Source of the DNA: Octopus sinensis
Lineage: Eukaryota
Length of the DNA stretch: 64,000 nt
Reading direction: 5' to 3'
Assembly (NCBI RefSeq): GCF_006345805.1
Contig: NC_043004.1
Location: 95,294,001 to 95,358,000 of the forward strand
Under the pieces are notes generated by a model. It was not told where the DNA came from and did not search any database. It saw only the letters and a list, made by a program, of their open reading frames with translations. The stretch's first letter is position 1. Each line of letters starts with the position of its first letter. A program made the translations under genes and the position numbers. Below, piece after piece: positions 53,094 to 64,000 of the stretch.

Positions 53094-53177
53094 ACTGTAC
53101 TGAAGAAGGGAATGAGTGAGTAGAAATATGATGTTTACATTTTTTGCATCACTCTAACCCCGAAACGCGTATACAGT
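53094..53177 (+). ncRNA. Apparently intact type-I hammerhead ribozyme with a ~55-nt stem II
   Basis: ACTGTA/TACAGT stem I and core CTGAAGA. Stem II pairs GGG/CCC, GAGTGA/TCACTC and ATG/CAT. It is followed by GAAA, palindromic ACGCGT and a GUA cleavage triplet. Confidence 0.8.
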
Positions 53178-53559
53178 TAATTAGAGTCGGGGGAATTCGT
53201 TATTTTTTCTCTTTACCTGCGTGGGTTGTAGAGTATTGCTGCCTGGGAGATATCTTATGGTAGTAGAATAGTATTTTAACTGCTATTTCTAAATTTTCGG
53301 TATGTGGTGAAGCAAATTTTGCTGAACCCTAATTATAATTATGCTCATAATTATAGAATTCATATATATATATATATATATATATATCCCTCTTTAACAC
53401 TGCTTCACCTCCTGCTGAATTTGTAGATGTGTCGTCATGCCTACGGCATCTCTTTAGCATCTGAAATCTGGTGGAATCCCTCCCTCTTGCGGTCTGAACA
53501 CATGAAATGTCTTTCAGAAGGACAGAATGGAAATGGAAGTGGCTACTGTATTGAAATGA

Positions 53560-53700
53560 TATTTTAATCATCGACTCCCGAAAGAATGAAGGATCAAACT
53601 GGCCTCAGTGAGATTTGAAATGATAGCGCAACGAGAAGAAAGGAATTTCGCCATGTATTTTATTCCATCTTCTAACAACTCTGCCAATTCACTGAGGTAT
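53560..53700 (-). mobile_element. SINE B (degenerate)
   Basis: tcgactcccgaaagaatgaagg..aaactggcctcagtgagatttgaa...aacaactctgccaattcact. Confidence 0.6.
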
Positions 53701-53759
53701 GCATGTATGTATATGTATGTACAAACACACACATACACACGCATATGTATGTATGTGTA

Positions 53760-53794
<35 letters not shown>

Positions 53795-53841
53795 GTGTGT
53801 ATATATATATGTATGTATATATGTATGTACGTTTATGTTTG

Positions 53842-53872
<31 letters not shown>

Positions 53873-53999
53873 GTTTGTGTGTGTGTGGGTGGGTGTCTAT
53901 GTGTATGTGTATGTGCGTGCGTACGTGTATGTATATATATATATGTAGCCACTCCCACCAAAGCAGAAAGTAACCAGCAATAAAACAGGCTTCAAGCAA

Positions 54000-54300
54000 C
54001 CTCTTGGTAATTACAAAAGAAAAGGAAACAATAAAATCTAATGAGAAGCTGCCCTAAGAATCGTAAAACGATCAACGTAAGATTTAAAAGAATTAACGTC
54101 ATAGTTATCGGAGAAACAAGAAAGAAGATCGTTCCATAAAGCAGATGTTCAAAGAAATAAGTACAAGAGTAGAATAACTTACAGGTGGGGGCAACAATGA
54201 ATAGAATAATTTGTTGAAAAGTGAGCCATTCGATTAATATAACAGAAAAATTGCGGCAGACGTTAACCATGGAAGTATTTCAAGAACAGGAATAAAGTAG
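54000..54300 (-). mobile_element. L2/CR1-group LINE 3' fragment
   Basis: The minus strand reads TSALWNDLLSCFSDNYDVNSFKSYVDRF (cf. LWN.L...FP..YD.NSFK). Confidence 0.55.
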
Positions 54301-54559
54301 TGAGTCGGTAATGAAAGGGTTGAAGTTTAGCTGCCAAAATAAGATCATCAAAGTTAGGGACTCAATTCCGAACACAATCAAGGAGAAGAATAATGCCAAC
54401 AGAGGCACTAGCTTAAATTTGGCGGCATTATTGACAAGGTGAATAAGGAATTTACAAATACGATGAATGCATCCGATAAAAACAAAACCGAGAATTTACT
54501 TTGATGCCTTGCAAACTTGCACTTTCATGGGCTACCAGTCGAGAACTCCGCAAAGCGGA

Positions 54560-55030
54560 AGCCAGCAAGTGTATGGGGTCATCAGGAGAGAATGTGCGCC
54601 GTTTCGTTTCGGAGCCTACCTCTCAAACTGAGCTTGTTAATTTTTCCAGTTTCTCCACTGTAGAGTCATTTTATAAAAAGCTCGACATACCTTGTTTTCA
54701 AACTCTTTATATTTTCTTTTCTCATTAGCAGCAGGCCACAAGACCCTCGGTTTCCTCCAAGTACTACCTGATGCACCAGTTTCATAACCTGCAGTTTCCT
54801 GTCGGGAAGAGATCTTTGCTGTAGCATTGATCGATCCGCTGTGGTTTCAGTCCGGGGATGATTTGCCACGTGTTTTACGATCAGATATCCACACTGCTAT
54901 GTTCCCTTCTTACAAGTCTTTCCCTGATGTATCTTCAAGCCTCTCACAGTTGCAATCGTTCTACAGCACAACTTACATCCAAAGTTGTTTGCACTTCGTT
55001 CGCTGTTCGAATGAATAGCCGTACTCGTGT
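54560..55030 (-). mobile_element. N-terminal fragment of a Hero/NeSL-like REL retrotransposon
   Basis: CKLCCRTIATVRGLKIHQGKTC zinc-finger-like motif, then WRKPRVLWPAANEKRKYKEFE. Confidence 0.55.
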
Positions 55031-55401
55031 CCAAGTAAGATCTTTAGAAAAATGATAAACTTTACTGACAAATATTCAAAGACACAGGAAAAACGCAAAA
55101 CACATATAAAAATAGAAATATGATCAGACTTCTTGTAACGATTACTGGAAAAAAGTTAGGTTTTTGCTGGGTTGAAAATAACCAGCCACTGAGTGCTCCA
55201 ATACGTAACTGACTCCATCTGATACTCAAGAGAAGCAGTCACTTTCACCCGGTCACACGAATTGCATTGTTTTTCAAACAAGAATACAAAGAAATGTCAT
55301 TAGCAAAGGTTAGACATATTATCCGGAAGACTATTTATAAAAATTAAGAATAGAATCAAAAACTTAGATCTTGAATAACACCAGAAGTTAGAGTACGTAG
55401 A

Positions 55402-55432
<31 letters not shown>

Positions 55433-55518
55433 CAGACAGACAGACAGACAGACAGATAGACATACAGATAGATAGATATAGATATATACACACATACATG
55501 CCTATAAATATATATATG

Positions 55519-55850
55519 TATATATGCAGGAGCACTCCGTCGGTTACGACGACGAGGGTCCCAGCTGATATGATCAACGGAACAGCCTGCTCATGAAAGT
55601 AACGTGCAAGTGACTGAGCAATCCGAAGACACGCGTACCCCTAACGTAGTTCTCAGGGAGATTCAGAGTGGCACAAAGTGTGACCAGGCCGGCCCTTTGA
55701 AATACAGGTACAACTCATTTTTGCCAGCTGAGTGGACAAGCAACGTGAAATAAAGTGTTTTGCTCAAGGACACAACGCGCCGCCGGTAATCGAACTCACG
55801 ACCTTACAATCGTAAGCCGAATGCCCTAACCACTAATCCACGCGCCTCCA
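55519..55850 (-). mobile_element. SINE family C
   Basis: Tail rc gcactccgtcggttacgacgacgagggt and head rc acgcgcctccac. Confidence 0.88.
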
Positions 55851-55999
55851 CATGTATAAATGTATGTGTGTGTGTATATATTTACACACACGTACATACG
55901 TATACATGTATATATGTATGTGTGTGTATATACACACACATACACATACACATATATATATATATAATTATATATATATATATATGTATGTATGCATAT

Positions 56000-56250
56000 A
56001 TAATTGTGTTTCAAGGACCCACAGCTTTTCAATATCCTTCCAAAATGCCTGATGTAGATGTTGGTGTCTTCAAAACAAAACTGTTAAGGGTTCTAGATGA
56101 GCCTACTTCACAGGAGGAAACCCACATGAGGGCAGCAGCATCAAACTCCCTCATTCACCAAATGCCACATATCAGAGGAGATTTCAAATAATGGTGTAAC
56201 ACAGTCAACGATAGCGCCCCAGCATGACCGCAGCTTTGAAGCTGAAACAT
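56000..56250 (+). mobile_element. 3' end of a CR1/L2-group LINE with a SINE-A-like tail (second copy)
   Basis: CFKGPQLFNILP..DVDVGVFKTKL..VLDEPT...RAAASNSL, then gcgccccagcatgaccgcagctttgaagctgaaac. Confidence 0.7.
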
Positions 56251-56302
56251 TTTAAAGATCCTTTTTTTAAGATTTTTATATATACACACATATATATTCA
56301 TG

Positions 56303-56354
<52 letters not shown>

Positions 56355-56659
56355 ATATATATATACGCACACATTATATATATACATATATAAAGATACA
56401 TGTATATACATATACACATACATATATGTGCGTGTATGTGTATGTATATATATACGTGTATATCTATACATACATACATACATACATACATACATACATA
56501 CATACATACATACATACATACATACATACATACATACATGCATACATATGTACATATATATATATAGAGAGAGAGAGAGAATAAAAAGTTTTGAATGGTA
56601 CAAAAATGCACTATAATACAAACTATGGTCTATATACCTGTTATATATTCTTAGAATAT

Positions 56660-58080
56660 TTGAAGAAGGAATTTTATTCCGAAATATCATCAAGCTAAAC
56701 ATCTGAACATCTAAGTAATGATAATGTCCAAGTATTTACAGCCTTCACTAGATTCTGACGACTTAACTTTGACTTCATAAGCTTCCTCACCGTTCTGATG
56801 TGCTCCTCAATTTGTGTTTTCACTTCTATAGTTAATACTCTGCCAGATTTTAATACTCAAATATAGCTTTTTCCTTCCAGTGATTTTAATATATGGCCAT
56901 CTGGTAACTGAATGCTTTCACTGCTGACTACCTTTTTTTTTTTTTTGACAAATATTGTGCTCTTATTTATGCCAGATTCCATACCTATATTTTTGCTGAA
57001 TAGTCTTACAATTTCTATTAAGGAATCTATCTGTTTTTTATTCTTACTAAAAAGATTCAGATCATCCATGTTGAGCAAATGGTTAATTTTTAATTTGATC
57101 TTTAACCGATACCCTGCCTTTGCTTTTCTTAATACTAAACTGAGGAAGGTTAAGCATAACACAAATGTTAAAGAGGATAACGAGTCTCCTTGGAAAATTC
57201 CCCTCTTGATATTAACTTTCCCTACAGCTGTGTCCCCTGAGTAGAGAGCTACTTTCCATTTCTGCATGCTATAGCTAATTAACTCTCTTATGTTGTCTGC
57301 AAACTGAATATATTCAAGCATACACTTATCCATGAGTGTGAAATCATGTCATGGGCTTTTTTTAAATAATTATTATCTATCCATGCCATTTAATTTTTCT
57401 TTTAAGATTTCACTTCTTTTAGAACTGCTTTAATCTTTCTGTTCTTCTGGAAGTAAATTCTGACTGTGAAGGTGCCTCTAAACGCACACTTTCTGTGAGT
57501 ATTTCTGGTAGTAGCTTTCGCACTAATGGCGAGTAAGTTATTGGTTTGTAATTATTAGCTATATTGCCTTTGTTTTTGCCTTTCATGGGTAGTACTGTTC
57601 TCCCTCTACTCATCAGATTAGGTATCCCTCCTTCATTCAAGCAATCCTGAAGTTGTTCCCTCAATCTCCCGTGTCTGCTACTAAATTTCTTTAACCGGTA
57701 CCCTTGAACAAAAAACTGGTCTTGGTCCCTTCCGATTAGGCATTCTTCCTAACACATTACTCATTATTTTACTTGCTAGTTTTAGATCTCCCTAACTACT
57801 TCTTCTTCCCGGTTTTTCTTAAACCATTCTGTATCACCATTACGAATAACTGGCTCCAGAACTTGCTAACTTCTTCTGCACAAGCATCTCAGCTTCAGTA
57901 ATTTCTTCATTGTTTGTTTGGCGATAATATCTCTGGTCCGTATGAAACAATCTATTCTGTTGATACTGATCTTTTCTTTGCTGATATCGGGCAAGCTTAC
58001 CAGCTGTTGCTATGATACGCTGTTTAACGTCTTCTGTGATTATCCCAAATCTTTTCTCGTTGATTAAGTAGAGTATCTAA
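56660..58080 (-). mobile_element. Dong/R4-clade RT segment (pre-RT through RT domains)
   Basis: VKQRIIATAGKLARYQQR, NYKPIT, IKRGIFQGDSLS, INHLLNMDDL and KSKLSRQNLVKAVNTW. Confidence 0.9.
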
Positions 58081-58430
58081 AAGCGGGCAAAGGCCATGCA
58101 TTTATGGCTTTTATGATGTTCCCTCTATTTGATTTCGTTTTGAGCGCCTTCTTAATTCTCTGCTTGTACTCATTAACTTTTTCATTTCTCCTTCCATTAT
58201 CTCATTGTCTTGTAGCACTCCTAGATCTTTCTACTCCTAATTATTCCACAGCGATCTAATGATGTTGCCTTGCGGTAATGTCATGCCAGCAGAATTTACC
58301 TTCCAGCCTCTCTTCTTGATTTGCATTGCGCACTTTACTCCAACTGCATATCAATATATTTTATGAATACTCTCACTGTTTGGATCAGAAAGTCTAGGTG
58401 TAAGTCATTTTTATATACAGATTGAGAACA
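58081..58430 (-). mobile_element. Second, diverged Dong/R4 segment (RT C-terminus)
   Basis: LIQTVRVF..IDMQ, KCAM, DLGVLQ and GNIIKAINAW; redundant with, but different from, the end of 56660-58080. Confidence 0.65.
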
Positions 58431-58435
58431 TCCAT

Positions 58436-58467
<32 letters not shown>

Positions 58468-59980
58468 TATTTTTCTCTTTATCACAGGTCTTGTTTGAGT
58501 TCCTGGAGACTTGCATGCATAACGGGTTTACTACTTGTAACCTACGGTACCATGCTACCCGTTCTTTTCAGCTATCTAATACTTTCCTGGTAGGAGGCGC
58601 AATGGCCCAGTGGTTAGGGCAGCGGACTCTCGGTCGTAGGATCGCGGTTTCGATTCCCAGACCGGGCGTTGTGAGTGTTTATTGAGCGAAAACACCTAAA
58701 GCTCCACGAGGCTCCGGCAGAAGATGGTGGTGATCCCTGCTGTACTCTTTCACCACAACTTTCTCTCACTCTTACTTCCTGTTTCTGTTGTACCTGTATT
58801 TCAAAGGACCGGCCTTGTCACTCTCTGTGTCACGCTGAATATCCCCGAGAACTACGTTAAGGGTACACGTGTCTGTGGAGTGCTCAGCCACTTACACGTT
58901 AATTTCACGAGCAGGCTGTTCCGTTGATCGGATCAACCGGAACCCTCATCGTCGTAACCGACGGAGTGCTTCCATCCACTTTCCTGGTTATTCTGGCCGT
59001 GCCAAAGAGGCAAAACTTTTGTAACAGTTCTACTTGGCATTCTATTCCAATTTCCTTTATATTCCTCTTGATGTCTTCTGATACTGTTCCCAGGGACCCA
59101 ACAATAATTGGCACTGTCTTCACCTTCATTTTCCATAGCCGGGCAATTTTGTACTTAAGAGGGTTTTATCAATCTATCTTTTTACCTTCCTTCTTGACTA
59201 TTTGTTGGTCAAAGAGGCATGTATCATCAACTATAGAGCACATGTGGTGCACCTTGTTCACCACCACTAAGTCCGGTCTGTTATGTCCTAGCACCTGATC
59301 TGTTTGGATTGGAAAAACCGAGAGGATTTTGCTAGTCTCCGACTCCACCACCCTCTGTGGTCTGTGCTCATACCACGTCTGACATCTCTCTTGCCCCAAC
59401 TTTTCGCAATTTCCAGTATAGCACTTTCGCTACCTGTTCGTGTCGCCACGACTTATAGTAGTTTTGAGCATTCGTTCGTGATATGGGCAATGGGTTCGTG
59501 ATATGTGTAATGGGTTCATCCACACTGTTGCAGCTGCGACACAGCTGAGACATGTGCTCATTCGTAAGGTTGAACCTCCAGTTCGTGGCCAAATCTTGTT
59601 CTTGCGCTGCCAATATAGTGCTCTCGGTCTCCTTTCTTAATGTTCCTTTCATCAGCCAATCCCACCTATTTTTTCTAGCAAGTTCTGATTTGGATACAAG
59701 GGATTGATTGTATAGTCCCTTCTTGTGTAATTCTTTGTTATGTCTTCTTTTGTACTTCTTCCTTCGTTTTCCCTTTTTTTGTCTGCTCTTAATACTCCCT
59801 CGTTCCTGTCACTAGCAAGTTTTCTTTACTTTGAGCTAGGCATCACATTAAGCTCACGCAGTCTTCCACACTTATCAGTTCCCTTTCCTCCATTTGCTCT
59901 CTTCGTGTATAGGCGATCGGTGTCTGTATGTGGATGATACGCTCCAATCATCGTTAGGAGCTTTCTTGACTTCCTGGCCA
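58436..59980 (-). mobile_element. 5'-truncated Dong/R4 copy (thumb, CCHC finger, REL endonuclease, 3'UTR, (TGA)n tail)
   Basis: RKLLTMIGAYHPHTDTDRLY.KR..GGKG, ETESTILAAQEQ, HNRPDLVVVNK, VPIIVGSLG and LLQK.CLFGTARITRKVLDS*. Bounded by (TCA)n at 58436-58466 and (TTA)n at 59981-60011. Confidence 0.92.
58592..58977 (+). mobile_element. Full-length SINE C in the Dong copy, 11-bp TSD
   Basis: TSD actttcctggt at 58581-58591 and 58978-58988. Confidence 0.93.
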
Positions 59981-60011
<31 letters not shown>

Positions 60012-60150
60012 GAAGCGGCAAACTGGCAGAATCCTTAGCACGCCGGGCGAAACACTTAGCAGTATTTCGTCTGCCGTTACGTTCTGAGTTCAAATTCCGG
60101 TGAGATCGTCTTTGCCTTTCATCCTTTCGGGGTCGATAACTTAATTTCAG
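60012..60150 (+). mobile_element. SINE B embedded in (TTA/TTG)n; a further head fragment lies at ~60251-60332
   Basis: ctggcagaatccttagcacgccgggcgaaa...gagttcaaattcc...gcctttcatcctttcggggtcgataa. Confidence 0.85.
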
Positions 60151-60339
60151 GCCTTGTGCCATTATTATTATTGTTGTTGTTGTTGTTATCGTTGTTGTTC
60201 TTGTTGTTGCTGCTGCTGCTGTTGTTGTTGTTGTTGTTGTTATTGTTGTTAAGGCGGCGAGCTGGCAAAATCGTTAGTGCCCTGGATGGAATGCTTAGTG
60301 GTATTTCGCCCGTCGCTACCTTCTGAGATCAAAGTCTTT

Positions 60340-60517
60340 ATGGAGAAGTCCCATAAGATCCTATATTCTTATTCCCTATCACAGTTTCTGGTTTATATTC
60401 ACACTACTTTCCTGTTATTCCAAAGCCGCACTTGGCTAACATCCCAGTGCACTCACGTATACAATCTTGTCTGTGCTTATACTCTTTTTGTGCTAGATTT
60501 CTGCATTCATTTGTGAG
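60340..60517 (-). mobile_element. Small Dong/R4 fragment (zinc-finger region)
   Basis: ECRNLAQKEYKHR.D motif; abuts (TTA)n at 60519-60590. Confidence 0.6.
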
Positions 60518-60588
<71 letters not shown>

Positions 60589-60640
60589 TACTACTATTAC
60601 TGTTACTGTTGTTGCTGTTGTTGTTGTTATTATTATTATT

Positions 60641-61290
60641 GCCTTTGCATAGCTTCTAACGCTGGAGATGTACTACAGTGTCAGCTGTTCACTACCAGTG
60701 AACTAAGGTAACACCTCTTATTTTTCGAGCACCTTCCAGAGTATTCAAGCAGTTCCAAGCAGTGCTGTTTTCTGCAAGTGCTCCACTCTTATTGCAGCCC
60801 CTATTTGTTCCACGTACTTTTCGAGATATTTTCTCACTGTTCCAGGGCTCCGACAATTGTTGGTACTACTGCTAACTTTTTCATCGTCCACAACTGCTTA
60901 ACTTCCCTGTCATATCTCTCAACTTTTCTTTCTTCCTTATCGCATACCTTGTTGTCAGCTGGGCATGTTATGTCTATAATCCAACATAGTTTGTCTTCTT
61001 TCTCAATTAAGACTATGTCCCGCTTCTTATTCTCAATCTCATGGTCGCACTAAATCATAAAATACCATTGGATCTTTGCATTTCTATGTTCGACAATACC
61101 TTCAGGTTTTTGATCGTACCAATTTTTTGCTCTGTCAAGTACATACTTGTTGCAAAGTGTCCAATGAACAAACCTGGCTATATTGTCGTGGCATCTCTTA
61201 TTTTCCTTCTGGGTAAGTGGCGTACATTGGCTGGTAATATGCCATACGGTTCCGCCGTTTTGTCCACTTTTATGTAGTTTGTGTATTTTA
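60641..61290 (-). mobile_element. 5'-truncated Dong/R4 copy (finger + REL + 3'UTR)
   Basis: HDNIARFVHWTLC, DIVLIEKEDKLCWIIDITCPAD, VVPTIVGALG and HLQKTALLGTA; flanked by (TTA)n on both sides. Confidence 0.88.
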
Positions 61291-61314
61291 TGTTGTTATT
61301 ATTATTATTATTAT

Positions 61315-61350
<36 letters not shown>

Positions 61351-61959
61351 AGTAGTAGTAGTAGTAGTAGTAGTAGTATGATATCGGTTGAAAGGTGGAA
61401 TACGTTAGTCAGTATTGTGGAGAAATATCACCAATTTTATAATTCATTGCCATTTATAAAAGGGAACTATTGCAGATATATGTATGTGTGTACAAGCATT
61501 CATGTATGTGTGCGCGTGTGCGCGTGAGACACTAAGCGCATCTGTGATTGCGTGAAAAATTGCGTATCACATGCCTTCATGCAATTGTGTGAACGCGGGC
61601 AAGTAGTTGGTTTTGTGTATGTAGATATATTTTCAAGGGTTTGTGCGAGGGTCTATGTACGTACGAGTCAGATGTAAGTATCTACATGTAGAATTGAGTT
61701 TTTATGTTTAGGTATATGTGAATGCGTCTAAGTTTATGTAAATGTGTGCAAACGAGTGTATATGTGCATATGAGTTATTGTCTGTTAGTGAGACGTATTA
61801 CGGCTTATATAAGAATTATTGCACGTATGTCTAACAACGTACGTGGTTTTGTGTTTGTTGCTTGTGTATATAGGTGCAACTAAAATTATCATGTAGAATT
61901 GAATTGGTATATGTTTGTATGTCGATCTTGATTATCGAACGATGGAGATACACGCCACT

Positions 61960-62335
61960 ACTACCACAGAAATCGCCACAATATAACCCAGCATTATAAT
62001 ATTCGACGAAGCGGGGCCAATCTACAATGAAATCCTGAAAGCAGTTTTAAAGAAAAATTCAAATACATAACCAAAATCACACAAATGAACCATGTTCCAA
62101 ACAAAACAATGAAAAGAAACATCATATGGTTAAACCCGCTCTTCAGTTTAAACATAGCAAGAAATGCTGCCAGCGGTTTCTTAATATTAATCATTCGCCA
62201 GCCTTCATACTCCCATACATAACGCAAGTTAGTGAGCAGGAACAAAATAAAAGTAGCTGCAGCTGCACAAGACTTATCATCCATGTCATATCAACTGCAT
62301 ATCTAGAAACCCATATCCAGCAATCAAAACGAAAT
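61960..62335 (+). mobile_element. Penelope-like fragment of the same type as 6300-7710
   Basis: FDEAGPIYNEILK and KRNIIWLNPLFSLNI (cf. IIWFNPPFS). Confidence 0.65.
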
Positions 62336-62589
62336 GCCCGTTAGATGGAAATTTCCTTTAAAAAAATAATGCAATAGTATTTTAATAGAAAGAAAATTTC
62401 AAAAACTACATTGATGTAACACATGCTATATATACAACCATATACAGACAACATATACACTCGTTTCGCAATACACACAAAACAAATCCAATAATTTTGT
62501 TGAAGTATTTTTGATATTTGTGTATGTGTGTATGTAGCTTCACTGATGTTGCAACATTAAATCTTAGATTAAAATTATAACATTATGAC

Positions 62590-63760
62590 AGGTGTAAAAT
62601 TTTATCATAAACACTGTAAAATTACATCATTGACTTTGTAACTTTTCGCCATAGACGTTTTGATTTAGATACCTGAAGTTATGAAATTACATCTGTACAT
62701 AAGGTATATCATTTTCGTTGAAAATTGTAACATTGACGTTGTAAAATTACATTATAGACATTGATAAACGATATCACAGATGTAGAGAAATTATATCTTT
62801 GATGTTGGAACACTGACGTGATAAAATAACATCAATTACATTATAAAAGAAATTACAATTCTGACGTTGCCATATGGTAATCTTAAAACTATGTGGTTAT
62901 AACAATGATTGTGTGATATTACATTAAAAATTAGTACAATTATCACACTAAAATTATGAAATAGGGATGTGACGTTGAGAAGTTTTAACTCAATGACGTT
63001 TTGAAATCAACGTCGTTGAATTAGATTATTTGCGTTCACAATGACGTTGGGAATATACAATATCGAATTTTTTCGAAGAGGACATTGACATTGTGAATTG
63101 ACAATTATTTATCTTTCATGTTTTCAAACAACATAAGTGATTTGCGAAAATACTGTGTCCATAATAATAAATTACATAAAGCAGATTATTGAATTATATA
63201 AGTGATGCTATGGAAGTTATCATAAATGGTGTAAATTTATAACAATAACGTTAGGAAAGTAACATAAATAGCATTGTGAATGTACATAATTGATGATGTT
63301 AAGTGGCATTGTTAAAGTTGTAATATTACAGAATTGAAATAATTCATAATGTAAAATTGAAGTTTCTAACGTTTAGAATTTATATTATTTACGTTATGAA
63401 ATTATATCTTTACTGGAATGAAACTTCTTAATATATTTTTTTAAAATTACATCATTGACAAGACTGATGTTGTGGATCATATCTTTGAAAATATTGTACA
63501 TTACATCATTACATCATCGACGTTCTGAGATTTGATCAATAATGCTATAGAATTACGTCACTGACGTTGCGAAATTATGTCATCATTTGTGGTAAAACTG
63601 CATCGTTGCCGTTCAAGCATTACATCACTGCCTTTGGTATATTACATCATAGGTATTTTGAAATTACGTCATCGACATTGATATCACTGAGGTTACATTT
63701 TTGTCGCAATATCGTCGTTGTGAAAATGTATCCTTGATGTTGTATGTAAATAAGAGATTA
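62590..63760. repeat. Cryptic degenerate 22-bp minisatellite, consensus ~AAATTACATCATTGACGTTGTG
   Basis: Adjacent units are exactly 22 bp apart (62722/62744; 63550/63572/63594). Confidence 0.8.
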
Positions 63761-64000
63761 ACGTTTTGAAATGTTTTAATATACAAAGATGTTTGAAAAA
63801 ACTTTAAGCAATGCAAGTGGAAAATTAGGTAAAATATGCAAGGTGGTGTCAATAAATGAAATAAAGGGAGAAAAGATATTGTATTACTTTGAGGTGTTAT
63901 ATAAGTTCTTTAATTATCCGATAATATTTCGACAAAAAGTCTCCTTTTCAAATAGGAGTTCGGGGAAATCTGTTGTTACCGGTAGCGAACATTAAAATCA

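Overview
AT-rich, microsatellite-saturated eukaryotic DNA. Its SINE and repeat content looks like an octopus (coleoid cephalopod) genome; this assignment is an inference. No intact protein-coding gene is recognisable, and most ORF-track entries are simple-repeat artefacts. The window is a layered transposon graveyard. It holds three tRNA-headed SINE families (called A, B and C here) and several mariner/Tc1 relics, including a Tigger-type MITE. It also has two non-autonomous Helitrons, CR1/L2-type and RTE LINE fragments, Penelope-like elements (RT + GIY-YIG) and a cluster of Dong/R4-clade REL-endonuclease retrotransposon pieces bounded by trinucleotide arrays. Standout observations: (1) four type-I minimal hammerhead ribozyme motifs, one apparently intact with an unusually long stem II (53094-53177); (2) a 180-bp-arm SINE palindrome that includes an inverted copy of its own target site; (3) a SINE with a ~51-bp target-site duplication; (4) a LINE 3' end sharing its tail with SINE A; (5) non-colinear stacking of Dong/R4 fragments at microsatellites; (6) a cryptic 22-bp minisatellite at the right end; (7) one or two candidate host-gene exons. 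Boundaries are estimated by eye and are approximate unless a motif is quoted.
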